In this document: in pieces, positions 37,121 through 45,963 of the stretch | Layout: the number at the start of each line of letters is the position of its first letter | Position numbering within the stretch: position 1 is the first letter of the stretch | Source of the DNA: Spirochaetia bacterium | Lineage (GTDB): Bacteria > Spirochaetota > Spirochaetia > CAKZLE01 | Direction of reading: 5' to 3' | Assembly: GCA_963677595.1 (NCBI GenBank) | Contig: OY782041.1 | Coordinates: 1,344,001 to 1,408,000, forward strand | Length of the DNA stretch: 64,000 nucleotides | The notes under the pieces: generated by a model | Told to the model about the DNA's origin: nothing | Database searches by the model: none | What the model saw: the letters and a program-made list of their open reading frames with translations, nothing else | Program-made: the position numbers and the translations under genes

Positions 37121-37809
37121 TCATCCCTCCGCTTCTTCTCCTTCGGAGAGACGAGCACGGCGAACTCACCCTTGATCGAGTCCCTGGCTGCGAACTGCCC
37201 ACACACCTCTTCGGCAGTCCCCTCTACGAACTCCTCGAAGTTCTTCGTCATCTCCCGGCCGATGAGGACCCGCCTCCCAGGATCGAGGTCCTTCAGGACC
37301 TCGAGCACCTTCACGATACGGAACGGCGACTCGTAGATGACGAAGGCCTCATCACGCTCGAGCAATTGCTCGAGCCTGGTCTTTCGCTTGCCGCCCTTGG
37401 GACTGAGGAAGCCCTCGAAGAGCACGTTCTTCCCCATGAACCCGGCGACCGAGCAGAGGGTCGTCAGTGCCGAGACCCCGGGGATGGGGATGACATCGAA
37501 ACCGGCATCCCGGACCGCACGGACGAGTCGGTTGCCGGGATCACTCACCCCGGGGGTACCGGCATCGCTGACATAGGCGATGGAGTTCCCCTCCTGCAGC
37601 AGCTTGATGATGCCCTGGGCAGAGTTCTCCTCATTGTGGGCATGGCAGGCGATCATCCGCTTCTTGATCTCATACTTGTTCAGCAGTCGCTGGGAATGGC
37701 GGGTATCCTCACAGGCGATCACATCGACTTCCTTCAGCGTGTTCAGTGCCCGCAATGTGATATCCTCAAGGTTCCCGATCGGGGTCGCAACCATATATAA
37801 TGTACTCAT
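37117..37809 (-). CDS. rsmI: 16S rRNA (cytidine1402-2'-O)-methyltransferase
   Basis: VATPIGNLEDIT.RA, CEDTR, SDAGTPGVSDPG, YESP.R, REMTK and KGE motifs. Confidence 0.95.
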   Translation of the reverse strand: MSTLYMVATPIGNLEDITLRALNTLKEVDVIACEDTRHSQRLLNKYEIKKRMIACHAHNEENSAQGIIKLLQEGNSIAYVSDAGTPGVSDPGNRLVRAVRDAGFDVIPIPGVSALTTLCSVAGFMGKNVLFEGFLSPKGGKRKTRLEQLLERDEAFVIYESPFRIVKVLEVLKDLDPGRRVLIGREMTKNFEEFVEGTAEEVCGQFAARDSIKGEFAVLVSPKEKKRRDD

Positions 37810-37950
37810 ACCGCCATTCTACCGGGATGGACTCCTGCACACAAGAGGGAATCTTACCAATACGACGTGGCATTATTCGCCTTCATCGGTATTTTTCACC
37901 TTTCCACTTCTACAAATACCAAATACAGCCTCCTATTCCCCATAATTTTT

Positions 37951-37966
37951 TGGCATGCTTTCTGCA
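37951..37966 (+). promoter_or_regulatory. Sigma54 (-24/-12) promoter of psp cassette 1
   Basis: TGGCATGCTTTCTGCA; GG (37952-53) and GC (37964-65) at canonical spacing. Confidence 0.75.
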
Positions 37967-38012
37967 ATATAGTCTTCAAGAACAAAACTACAAGATCCTA
38001 ATGGAGGAAGTT

Positions 38013-38678
38013 ATGAAACATATGAGACGATTCAAGGACATCATCAACGCGAACATCAACGCGACACTCGACAAAGCCGAGAACCCTGAGAAGATGATCA
38101 GGTACATGGTCCAGGAGATGGAGGAGACACTCGTCGACCTCAAGACCTCCTGCGCTGCGAAGATCGCCGAGAAGACCCAGGTCGAGCAGGAGCTCAAGGA
38201 GGTCGAGTCGGTCAGGGACAGGTGGCAGAACCGTGCGGAACTGGCAGTCGAGAAGGGCAAGGACGAACTTGCCCGTGAAGCGCTCATCGAGAAGCAGAAG
38301 GCTGACCGGAGTGTTGAGGCACTCAAGGAACACCTGGCAAAGATAAGCACCATCATCAGCGAGTGCAAGGGTAACACCCTCAAGCTCGAGGAGCGGCTAC
38401 AGAGCGTCAAGGACAAGGAGAGGATCCTCATCCAGCGAGGGATCCATGCCCAGGAGACCATCATCGCCCGGGAGAAGATCAAGGAAGCTACCGGGAACGA
38501 AGCCTACAGGAGGTTCTCAGAACTGGAGAACCGGATCGAACAGATGGAAGCTGAGGCTGAGATGTCCGGTTTCGGGGCAGATCCCCTCAAGGAGGATGCC
38601 TTCTTCAACCTGGAACATGATGAGGCTGTCGAGGCAGAGCTGGCAGCACTGAAGAAGAGCAAGGCAGCGAAGAAATAA
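38013..38678 (+). CDS. pspA: Phage shock protein A, copy 1
   Basis: RFKDIINANINA.LDKAENPEKM; coiled-coil; LAREAL motif. Confidence 0.92.
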   Translation: MKHMRRFKDIINANINATLDKAENPEKMIRYMVQEMEETLVDLKTSCAAKIAEKTQVEQELKEVESVRDRWQNRAELAVEKGKDELAREALIEKQKADRSVEALKEHLAKISTIISECKGNTLKLEERLQSVKDKERILIQRGIHAQETIIAREKIKEATGNEAYRRFSELENRIEQMEAEAEMSGFGADPLKEDAFFNLEHDEAVEAELAALKKSKAAKK

Positions 38679-38896
38679 TGTTCAGCCAGACGATTGTCAT
38701 CCTGCTCATCACCGTTGGGATACCGGTCATCTGCCTGACCAAGATCATCATGACGAAGATGCAGCAGAACTTTGAGAGACAGACAGGAGGTGACTCGAAG
38801 ACCTACAAGGTCATCGACTCACTCGTAAATACGGTAAGCAGGCTCCAGAAACGTGTCGAGAACCTGGAGACCGTCATACAGAACAGATACGAATAG
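38678..38896 (+). CDS. PspB-like small membrane protein, copy 1
   Basis: N-terminal TM and C-terminal RVENLET coiled-coil; lies between pspA and pspC. Confidence 0.75.
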   Translation: MFSQTIVILLITVGIPVICLTKIIMTKMQQNFERQTGGDSKTYKVIDSLVNTVSRLQKRVENLETVIQNRYE

Positions 38897-38905
38897 GGGT
38901 TGGTC

Positions 38906-39172
38906 ATGAGATTTGATACAAGAAGACGATTATACCGATCGCGAAACGGGATCATCTGGGGTGTCTTCCAGGGACTGGCTGACTGGCTCGAAGTACCGGT
39001 AGGCGTGCTGCGGACCATCGCCATCGTGACCTTCGTCCTGACCGGGTTCTTCCCGCTTGCGGCGATCTATGCCCTGGCAGCCCTCCTGATGCCGGTTGAA
39101 CCGGCATCACACAGGAGCTACCATTATTCGTTCCACGAACACAGCTGGGACAGCCGCTACCATAACAGCTGA
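38906..39172 (+). CDS. pspC: PspC domain protein, copy 1
   Basis: LYRSR.G.IWGV..GLA, TM segment, Y..A.LLMP motif. Confidence 0.85.
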   Translation: MRFDTRRRLYRSRNGIIWGVFQGLADWLEVPVGVLRTIAIVTFVLTGFFPLAAIYALAALLMPVEPASHRSYHYSFHEHSWDSRYHNS

Positions 39173-39205
39173 TCCTTAGGGACATTCCCTCCCCTAAGCT
39201 ATACA

Positions 39206-39240
39206 TAAGCCCAAGGGTGCACTTCGCACCTTTGGGCTTA
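39206..39240. terminator. Hairpin between convergent pspC1 and pspF
   Basis: TAAGCCCAAGGGTGC...GCACCTTTGGGCTTA stem. Confidence 0.65.
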
Positions 39241-39246
39241 TCTTTT

Positions 39247-40245
39247 CTATTCCAGCTGTTCCCGGTATTTGCGGTAGATCCCGCGGAACTGGTCGTAGGT
39301 CAGCCCGAGCAGGTCGGCTGCCTGCTTCTGGTTCTGGCCCGAGCGGAAGAGCGCACGCCTGATGAACGAGATATCGAGCTGCTCCTTTGCCCTCTGGTAA
39401 TCCTCGAGCTCGAACCCGTCGCAGTCTGATGAGATCCTGCCGGAAGAGCCCCCACCTTCCTTGAATGGGTTCCTGAAGGGATCGAGCACGAGGTCCGTGA
39501 TCAGGGAGCCTTCGGTCCGGTAGACGGCACGCTCGATCGTGTTCTTAAGCTCCCTGATGTTCCCCGGCCACCCATACGAGAGCATCCTGTCTACCACCTC
39601 GTCCGAGAAGACGGGGTCATCGGCTCTCCCGCATTCCAGGGCCATCCTGGCAGCGAAGTAGCTCGCCAGCAGGAGGATATCATCCCCCCTCTCGCGCAGG
39701 GGAGGGATGAAGAGTACCTCGAAGGAGAGCCGGTCGAGGAGGTCCTGCTTGAACTTCCCCTCACGGCAGAGGGCGGGAAGGTCGGCATTGGTCGCCCCGA
39801 TGATCCTTACATCCACCTCTATCGTCCTCGAGGAACCGACCCGCTCGAAGGAGCCGTACTCCACGACCCGGAGGATCTTCTCCTGGACCTCGAGGGGGAT
39901 CAGCCCGATCTCGTCGAGGAAGAGGGTCCCCCCGTCAGCCTCCTCGAACCTCCCCTTCCTCGTCTTGGATGCCCCGGTATAGGCCCCTGCCTCATGGCCG
40001 AAAAGCTCGGTCTCTATCAGGCTCTGCGGCAGTGCCGCACAGTTGATCGCGACGAAGGGGTCCTGCCATCTCGGGGAGAGGTAGTGCAGCCTCGAGGCTG
40101 CAAGCTCCTTGCCGGAACCCCGTTCACCGATGACGAGGACCGACCGGTCCACCTTCGCAGCAAGGCTCAGCTGCTGCTGGAACTGTATGAATGCTTCCGA
40201 CTCCCCCAGCGGGGTGTCTCGCTTGAATTCCTTGATCTGTATCAT
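39247..40245 (-). CDS. pspF: Sigma54-dependent activator PspF
   Basis: GERGSGKE, ELFGHE.GAYTGA, LFLDEI, WPGNIREL and C-terminal HTH; no receiver domain; divergent from pspA2. Confidence 0.9.
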   Translation of the reverse strand: MIQIKEFKRDTPLGESEAFIQFQQQLSLAAKVDRSVLVIGERGSGKELAASRLHYLSPRWQDPFVAINCAALPQSLIETELFGHEAGAYTGASKTRKGRFEEADGGTLFLDEIGLIPLEVQEKILRVVEYGSFERVGSSRTIEVDVRIIGATNADLPALCREGKFKQDLLDRLSFEVLFIPPLRERGDDILLLASYFAARMALECGRADDPVFSDEVVDRMLSYGWPGNIRELKNTIERAVYRTEGSLITDLVLDPFRNPFKEGGGSSGRISSDCDGFELEDYQRAKEQLDISFIRRALFRSGQNQKQAADLLGLTYDQFRGIYRKYREQLE

Positions 40246-40340
40246 GGTCAATAATACCATCTTCCGGCGGTAAATACCACCATATACTGACACCAGCAGG
40301 GAAAAGACGCCGTCCGGCATGCCCGGGGCCTGGTAAATCT

Positions 40341-40356
40341 TGGCATGATTGTTGCT
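40341..40356 (+). promoter_or_regulatory. Sigma54 (-24/-12) promoter of psp cassette 2
   Basis: TGGCATGATTGTTGCT, canonical spacing. Confidence 0.82.
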
Positions 40357-40407
40357 TTATAACTTGCATAAGTACAGAAAGAGTACTACCCTTTTTAGGA
40401 GGACTAT

Positions 40408-41073
40408 ATGGGAGTTTTTACAAGATTCAAGGATATCGTGAACGCGAATATCAACTCGATGCTTGATAAAGCAGAGAACCCCGAGAAGATGATCCGACTG
40501 ATGATGCAGGAGATGGAGGATACCCTCATCGACCTGAAGTCATCCTGTGCCGCCAAGATGGCTGCACGGACCAAGACCGAACGGGAACTCAAGGAACTGA
40601 ACGCACGGGTATCCCGATGGCAGAGCCGGGCGGAGCTTGCGATCAGCAAGAAGCGGGATGACCTCGCACGCGAGGCACTGGTCGAGAAGAAGAAAGCCGA
40701 GGGCGAGGCTGCCAGCCTCCAGGATGACCTGGACCAGTACGCACGACTCATCGAGGAGTGCAAGGGCAATATCCTCGAGCTCGAGGAGAAGCTGCAGACC
40801 GTACGGCAGAAGCACAAGATCCTCGTCCAGCGATCGCTCCATGCCCAGGAGCAGAAGAAGGCAAAAGAGAATATCAGGATGGCAGAAGGCAATGATGCCT
40901 TCAAGCGATTCTCCGACCTTGAGGGACGCATCGAGCGTATGGAGGCAGAGGCCGAGATGTCAGATTTCGGCGCTGCAGGGACACTGGAGGATGAGTTCTC
41001 CAAACTCGAGCATACTGATGACATCGAGGATGAACTCAATCAGCTGAAGAAGAAGATAACAAAAGAGAAGTAG
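40408..41073 (+). CDS. pspA: Phage shock protein A, copy 2
   Basis: MGVFTRFKDIVNANINSMLDKAENPEKM; AGGAGG RBS. Confidence 0.94.
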   Translation: MGVFTRFKDIVNANINSMLDKAENPEKMIRLMMQEMEDTLIDLKSSCAAKMAARTKTERELKELNARVSRWQSRAELAISKKRDDLAREALVEKKKAEGEAASLQDDLDQYARLIEECKGNILELEEKLQTVRQKHKILVQRSLHAQEQKKAKENIRMAEGNDAFKRFSDLEGRIERMEAEAEMSDFGAAGTLEDEFSKLEHTDDIEDELNQLKKKITKEK

Positions 41074-41082
41074 GTACACGTC

Positions 41083-41301
41083 ATGAGTGAGACTCCATTA
41101 ATCGTTTTCATCGTAATAGGGCTGCCGTCGATCTGCCTGACCGTCATCTTCCTGACGAAGATGATCCTGAAGCAGGGAAAAGAGACCAGGAAACAGAACA
41201 AGGACGAGGATACCGTCGTCATCGAGCAGATCTATTACGGGCTGAAAGACCTTCATAAACGAGTCGATAACCTTGAGACGATCCTGCGATCAAGAGAGTA
41301 G
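41083..41301 (+). CDS. PspB-like small membrane protein, copy 2
   Basis: N-terminal TM; RVDNLETIL motif. Confidence 0.78.
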   Translation: MSETPLIVFIVIGLPSICLTVIFLTKMILKQGKETRKQNKDEDTVVIEQIYYGLKDLHKRVDNLETILRSRE

Positions 41302-41312
41302 GGGAAATCATT

Positions 41313-41726
41313 ATGCCATACGGTAGAAAACTATATAGATCAAGACATGGCGAACTGCTGGGAGTCTGCCAGGGGATCGCTGACTGGAGGGAGCTCCCGG
41401 TAGGACCGATCAGGCTGCTCGTGATCATCATCGCCGTCTCGACCGCGGTCGTCCCGGTACTCGCTATCTACATCGCGGCAGGGTTCCTGCTGCCCCTCGA
41501 ACCAACCGGCCAACAGAGACGCGAGGCCCGCGGAGGCTTCTGGGGCAGACAGTCCCGCGAAGAGTTCAAGGATAGCTTCAGGAAGGACCGGCACCATACG
41601 GTCCATGACATCAAGGATGAGTTCGAGGACCTGAAGGAGAAGGTGTCAAAGATGGAAGCGGATGTCTTTGACAAGGAGAAGGAGTGGGACAACAAGTTCC
41701 ATTCCTCAGATACGGACAGGCAGTAA
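41313..41726 (+). CDS. pspC: PspC domain protein, copy 2 (longer cytoplasmic tail)
   Basis: LYRSR.G.LLGVCQGIA, TM segment, C-terminal coiled-coil. Confidence 0.87.
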   Translation: MPYGRKLYRSRHGELLGVCQGIADWRELPVGPIRLLVIIIAVSTAVVPVLAIYIAAGFLLPLEPTGQQRREARGGFWGRQSREEFKDSFRKDRHHTVHDIKDEFEDLKEKVSKMEADVFDKEKEWDNKFHSSDTDRQ

Positions 41727-41766
41727 CGGCTGTACACACAGCCGCCTGCTGAGTCCTGGGGGAACC

Positions 41767-42690
41767 ATGAAAAGAATACTGTTACTTACTATGCTGCTGC
41801 TGGCGACGTTCACCCCCCTCTGGGCGAACGGGGGATCTGAGATCCTCCCATCCATCGGGATGAAACGGATCGAGGAGACGGTCATCGAGAAGCTAAGCGA
41901 TACCGGGGTGATCAGCCTGGGATCGATCGCGGCCGATATCGTGATCTACCTGGACAGCAGTGCAGAGACTGTCTCTGCCATCCTGACCGGCCATGCGAGC
42001 GACCCGATCAGCCTGAAGAAGAGCGGGAGCAGGAACAGGCTGTCGATCTCGACAGACTGGCATAACAAGAAGACTATCGTGACCAAGGACCTGGTCCTGG
42101 AAGTACACCTGCCAAAGGACTTCACCGGCGATATCGACGCAGGATCGGTATCGGGGAACGTTGAGCTCCCAGCCGGCAGCTTCGGGACGCTCTCCCTGAG
42201 TTCCACATCCGGGAACATCAGCTTCAGGGATGTGAAGGCCACAGAGTCTTCCCTCCATACCGTTTCTGGTAGTATCGAGGCTGTCAATGCAGCTCTCGGG
42301 GACCTGGAGGTAGAGACGACCTCCGGGAAAGTGACCCTTGCCGAGATCGAGAGCAGGGATGCCTCGGCATCTTCGGTGTCAGGCTCTCTCAGCCTCTCAG
42401 GCCGTGCCGACACGCTCAGGGCCAAGTCGATCTCAGGGGAGGTCACGCTCTCCCTTGAAGCCATCACGGACTCCGTGGAAGCGGAGTCGATCTCCGGTGA
42501 TATCACGATCACCCTGCCGAAGGGTATCGATGCCTTTGGGTCGGTCTCCTCGGTGAGCGGCTCGAAGGATATCAAGCTGGACAGTGTCCATATCTCCGGG
42601 AACAACCGAGTCCTGGAGTTCTCCACCGGCCGGGAAGACATCGAGATCGATGCATCCTCGGTATCAGGGTCGATCCTGATCAGGGAATAA
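41767..42690 (+). CDS. Exported DUF4097 (Toastrack/adhesin-like beta-solenoid) protein
   Basis: Signal peptide and many S-V/T/I-S-G-x-I/V repeats. Confidence 0.82.
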   Translation: MKRILLLTMLLLATFTPLWANGGSEILPSIGMKRIEETVIEKLSDTGVISLGSIAADIVIYLDSSAETVSAILTGHASDPISLKKSGSRNRLSISTDWHNKKTIVTKDLVLEVHLPKDFTGDIDAGSVSGNVELPAGSFGTLSLSSTSGNISFRDVKATESSLHTVSGSIEAVNAALGDLEVETTSGKVTLAEIESRDASASSVSGSLSLSGRADTLRAKSISGEVTLSLEAITDSVEAESISGDITITLPKGIDAFGSVSSVSGSKDIKLDSVHISGNNRVLEFSTGREDIEIDASSVSGSILIRE

Positions 42691-42714
42691 CAGCCCGAAG
42701 TAAAAGACATCCAT

Positions 42715-42743
42715 ACGGCAGCCCATCAGGGCTGCCGTTTCCT
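42715..42743 (+). terminator. Rho-independent terminator of psp cassette 2
   Basis: ACGGCAGCCC-ATCA-GGGCTGCCGT followed by a T-rich tail. Confidence 0.7.
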
Positions 42744-42813
42744 TCCCCAATAATCCACATCTCCCTCAAGATTCTTATTGTCCAATGATTTATATCATGA
42801 TAGTATCCGCAGT

Positions 42814-44592
42814 ATGGAACAGATGAGACGTACCGTGACATGCGGTGAATTACGGAAAGAAGATGAGAACAGGACAGTCACCCTCAACGGCTGGGTCCAC
42901 AGGAACCGGGACCATGGGGGTGTTCATTTCATAAACATGCGGGATCGCTACGGGATCACCCAGGTCGTGATCGACCAGGATGCCTCTGCGGACTTGCAGG
43001 AAGCAGCCGAAGAGGTGAAGTTCGAGTACTGCATCGCGGTGGAGGGCACCGTGCGGACCAGGCCGGACTCCATGAGGAACCCCGACATGGCTACCGGCGA
43101 TATCGAGGTGACAGCCTCCAAGATCGTGGTCCTCAACACCTGCGGCACCCTCCCCTTCATGATCGATGAGGAGTCTGACGCCAAGGAGGAGCTGCGGCTC
43201 CAGTACCGGTACCTCGACCTCAGGTCATCAGGCATGCAGCGGAGGATCAAGCTCAGGCATGACTTCACCTTCGCGGTGAGAGAGTACCTCTCGAACCAGG
43301 GCTTCTTCGAGATCGAGACCCCTACCCTCATCAAGTCTACCCCGGAAGGGGCACGGGACTTCCTCGTGCCTTCCCGTGTGCAGCCGGGCAAGTTCTATGC
43401 CCTGCCCCAGTCACCCCAGCTCTTCAAGCAGATCCTCATGGTCTCAGGCTTTGACAAGTACTTCCAGATCGCGAGATGCTATAGGGATGAGGATGCACGG
43501 GGGGACCGACAGCTCGAGTTCACCCAGATAGACATGGAGATGACCTTCGTCAACCGTGACCAGGTCTTCAAGGTCACCGAGGGGATGTTCAACCATGTCT
43601 TTGCCAAGACACTCGGCATGGAACTTCCGGCCAATTTCCGGAGGATCTCCTACGATGATGCGATGAACACTTACGGGAGCGACAAGCCCGACTTGCGCTT
43701 CGACATCGAGATGAAGCCCTTCGACGAGTTCGCAAGTAAGAGCTCGTTCAACGCGTTCAAGACGGTCGTAGAGAACGGCGGCTGCGTCAAGGCGCTCGTC
43801 GCACCCGGCTGCGCCCACTACTCGAGGAAGATGATCACCGACCTTGAGGATACGGCTAAGATCTACAAGGCAAAGGGCCTTGCCTGGATGAAGGTCACCG
43901 AGAGCGGCTTCGAGGGTGGAGTATCGAAGTTCTTCGCTGACAGCTTTGATGAGATCACCTCCTATATGGGAGCATCTGCCGGGGATCTCATCCTCATGGT
44001 CGCAGACTCCTGGCTGGTGACCTGTAACTCACTCGGGGCTGTGCGAAGCAGGCTTGGGAAGGACCTCGGGCTCCTCGACCCCAAGCGGTTCGAGTTCTGC
44101 TGGATCATCGACTTCCCCCTCTTCGAGTACAACGAGGATGAAGGACGCTGGGAAGCTGCCCACCATATGTTCTCCATGCCTCAGGAGCAGTACCTCGACA
44201 CTATGGAGTCCAATCCCGGCGAGGTGAAGGGAGACCTCTACGACCTCGTCCTCAACGGCTACGAAGTCGCTTCAGGTTCCATCCGAATCCATGACCCGGA
44301 GATCCAGAAGCGGATCTTCTCCATCGTCGGTTTCTCGGAGGAAGAGGCAGAGAAGCGGTTCGGTTTCCTCCTCAATGCCTTCAGGTACGGAGCACCTCCC
44401 CACGGCGGTATCGCACCGGGACTCGACAGGCTCCTCATGATCATCAGCGGAGAGACCTCGATCAAGGAGGTCATCGCATTCCCGAAGAACTCCGTCGGGA
44501 TCTCACCGATGGACGATTCACCTTCCCCGGTCGATGAGCAGCAGCTTTCCGACCTGCACCTCAAGCTTGACTTGCCTGAAGAAGAGGCATAG
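42814..44592 (+). CDS. aspS: Aspartate--tRNA ligase
   Basis: GWV.R.RDHGG, RYLDLR, TPEGARDF, LPQSPQ, RDED, GSDKPDLR, GSIRIH and GAPPHGG motifs. Confidence 0.97.
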   Translation: MEQMRRTVTCGELRKEDENRTVTLNGWVHRNRDHGGVHFINMRDRYGITQVVIDQDASADLQEAAEEVKFEYCIAVEGTVRTRPDSMRNPDMATGDIEVTASKIVVLNTCGTLPFMIDEESDAKEELRLQYRYLDLRSSGMQRRIKLRHDFTFAVREYLSNQGFFEIETPTLIKSTPEGARDFLVPSRVQPGKFYALPQSPQLFKQILMVSGFDKYFQIARCYRDEDARGDRQLEFTQIDMEMTFVNRDQVFKVTEGMFNHVFAKTLGMELPANFRRISYDDAMNTYGSDKPDLRFDIEMKPFDEFASKSSFNAFKTVVENGGCVKALVAPGCAHYSRKMITDLEDTAKIYKAKGLAWMKVTESGFEGGVSKFFADSFDEITSYMGASAGDLILMVADSWLVTCNSLGAVRSRLGKDLGLLDPKRFEFCWIIDFPLFEYNEDEGRWEAAHHMFSMPQEQYLDTMESNPGEVKGDLYDLVLNGYEVASGSIRIHDPEIQKRIFSIVGFSEEEAEKRFGFLLNAFRYGAPPHGGIAPGLDRLLMIISGETSIKEVIAFPKNSVGISPMDDSPSPVDEQQLSDLHLKLDLPEEEA

Positions 44593-44603
44593 ATACCAGC
44601 CTA

Positions 44604-44636
44604 CAAGGACCCCTGAACGGGGTCCTTGCTGCTTTT
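44604..44636 (+). terminator. Terminator after aspS
   Basis: CAAGGACCCC-TGAAC-GGGGTCCTTG followed by GCTTTT. Confidence 0.65.
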
Positions 44637-44753
44637 ATGGGCAACCAACTCTATTAACGAATCTTAATCTTCCCAATACCTGGAATCAATGTTCATCCTG
44701 TAGATTACAGATACAGACAAAGAAACAACAGGAAACTGTAAGGAGAAGAAAAA

Positions 44754-45347
44754 ATGAAGAGATTAGGATTAGTCGTAGTTTTATTGGCCCTCAGCATGGC
44801 ACTATTCGCAAACGGAGCCCAGGAGCAGGGAACGAAGATCCAGCCGGGCACCCGACTGGCAGCACCGCAAGAGGTTACGGTATCAGGGACCTTGGACGTG
44901 ACAGATGAAGAGATCACCATCAAGACAGCAGACGGGACCTATTCCCTCTCTGCACGCGGTGCAGGGCTGAATGACTACTCAGCACTCGATGGTACCCAGG
45001 TTGAGATAAACGGCCTGCTTACCGACGGTATGTTAGCTGACTGTGATGAGGATTATGACGGGCACATCTTCGTAGCCGAGGCTTCAGCTAACGGAGAGAC
45101 CTATGAGTTCTCATCTTTCGCAGGGAACAGGACCATGCTCTCGAACAGGTCTGACCGATACAGCCAGGGAACCATGGGATCGACCAGAGGATCCGGCAGG
45201 CCAGGGATGACCAGGGGCTCACAGCCCTCACGCTCAAACGACTATGATTCGGTCCGCAGGACTGGCGGGAACATGATGTACGGCGGTTCAGCGAACCAGA
45301 CTCCCCGACAGGGCCAGCAGGGATACGGCTTCAACGGGGCGATCTAG
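44754..45347 (+). CDS. Exported hypothetical protein (small beta-barrel plus G/R/Q-rich disordered tail)
   Basis: AGGAG RBS, signal peptide ending LFA-NGAQE, terminator at 45386-45410. Confidence 0.75.
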   Translation: MKRLGLVVVLLALSMALFANGAQEQGTKIQPGTRLAAPQEVTVSGTLDVTDEEITIKTADGTYSLSARGAGLNDYSALDGTQVEINGLLTDGMLADCDEDYDGHIFVAEASANGETYEFSSFAGNRTMLSNRSDRYSQGTMGSTRGSGRPGMTRGSQPSRSNDYDSVRRTGGNMMYGGSANQTPRQGQQGYGFNGAI

Positions 45348-45545
45348 CTCAAAGCAGGACGATCCTGCCTTCCCGATCTATATATACGGCCCAGGGAACT
45401 GGGCCGTTTCTGCGTCCCGGGACGCAGGGGATGACTCAACCTCCGGCTGTGAATAACTTTTCATTTCTTATTGAAAAAAGAGTAGAAAAAACTTCCCGGT
45501 ACGGGTATGATGGATGTACATCGTGATTCTATTCACGATTCTTCC

Positions 45546-45617
45546 GGGCGGCTAACTCAGTGGGAGAGTGCTACCTTCACACGGTAGAAGTCAGCAGTTC
45601 AAATCTGCTGCTGCCCA
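45546..45617 (+). tRNA. tRNA-Val (anticodon CAC); CCA not encoded
   Basis: Acceptor stem GGGCGGC/GCTGCCC, anticodon arm CTACC-TTCACAC-GGTAG, T-loop GTTCAAAT. Confidence 0.95.
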
Positions 45618-45658
45618 AACATAAGGACCATCCCTTTGGGGATGGTCCTTATGTTTGG
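45615..45658. terminator. Perfect 20-bp hairpin between the tRNA and the convergent MNT gene
   Basis: CCAAACATAAGGACCATCCC-TTTG-GGGATGGTCCTTATGTTTGG. Confidence 0.75.
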
Positions 45659-45963
45659 TGTTCTGGATAGAACGTGATGCCTACCCTAAGAATATGGTCC
45701 AGTAAGTCTTCATGGGAGAGATGCGTAGCATCCACTATATCGACAAGATATGGGAAGGGGCTCAACTCTTCAAGTTGGGCTTTGAGTGAGGATATGGTTC
45801 TCATCGTAACGTCTTGTCCATATATTGCAATATCTATATCAGAGCTATCCTTGTAGGATCCTAATGCACGGGATCCGAATACTCTCGCTTCGGTGATCTC
45901 ACGATAACGGCTAAGGGCCTTTCTTATGTACGAGATGTCCGCATCAGATAACCCGAACATCAT
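45649..45963 (-). CDS. Minimal nucleotidyltransferase (MNT) antitoxin
   Basis: GSRALGSYKDSSDID matches GS-x10-DxD. Confidence 0.88.
   Translation of the reverse strand: MMFGLSDADISYIRKALSRYREITEARVFGSRALGSYKDSSDIDIAIYGQDVTMRTISSLKAQLEELSPFPYLVDIVDATHLSHEDLLDHILRVGITFYPEHQT

Noticed and set aside
37800-38012. N-terminal extensions in the ORF track for pspA1 (also pspF, nspC, transposase, MFS, DUF4097, aspS)
   Set aside because: They run through promoters or upstream genes; downstream starts fit the RBS/promoter positions and family N-termini.
45520-45539. CRP-like palindrome ATCGTGA-N6-TCACGAT before the tRNA
   Set aside because: Lies downstream of the likely -10 and is equally explained as a precursor-leader hairpin.
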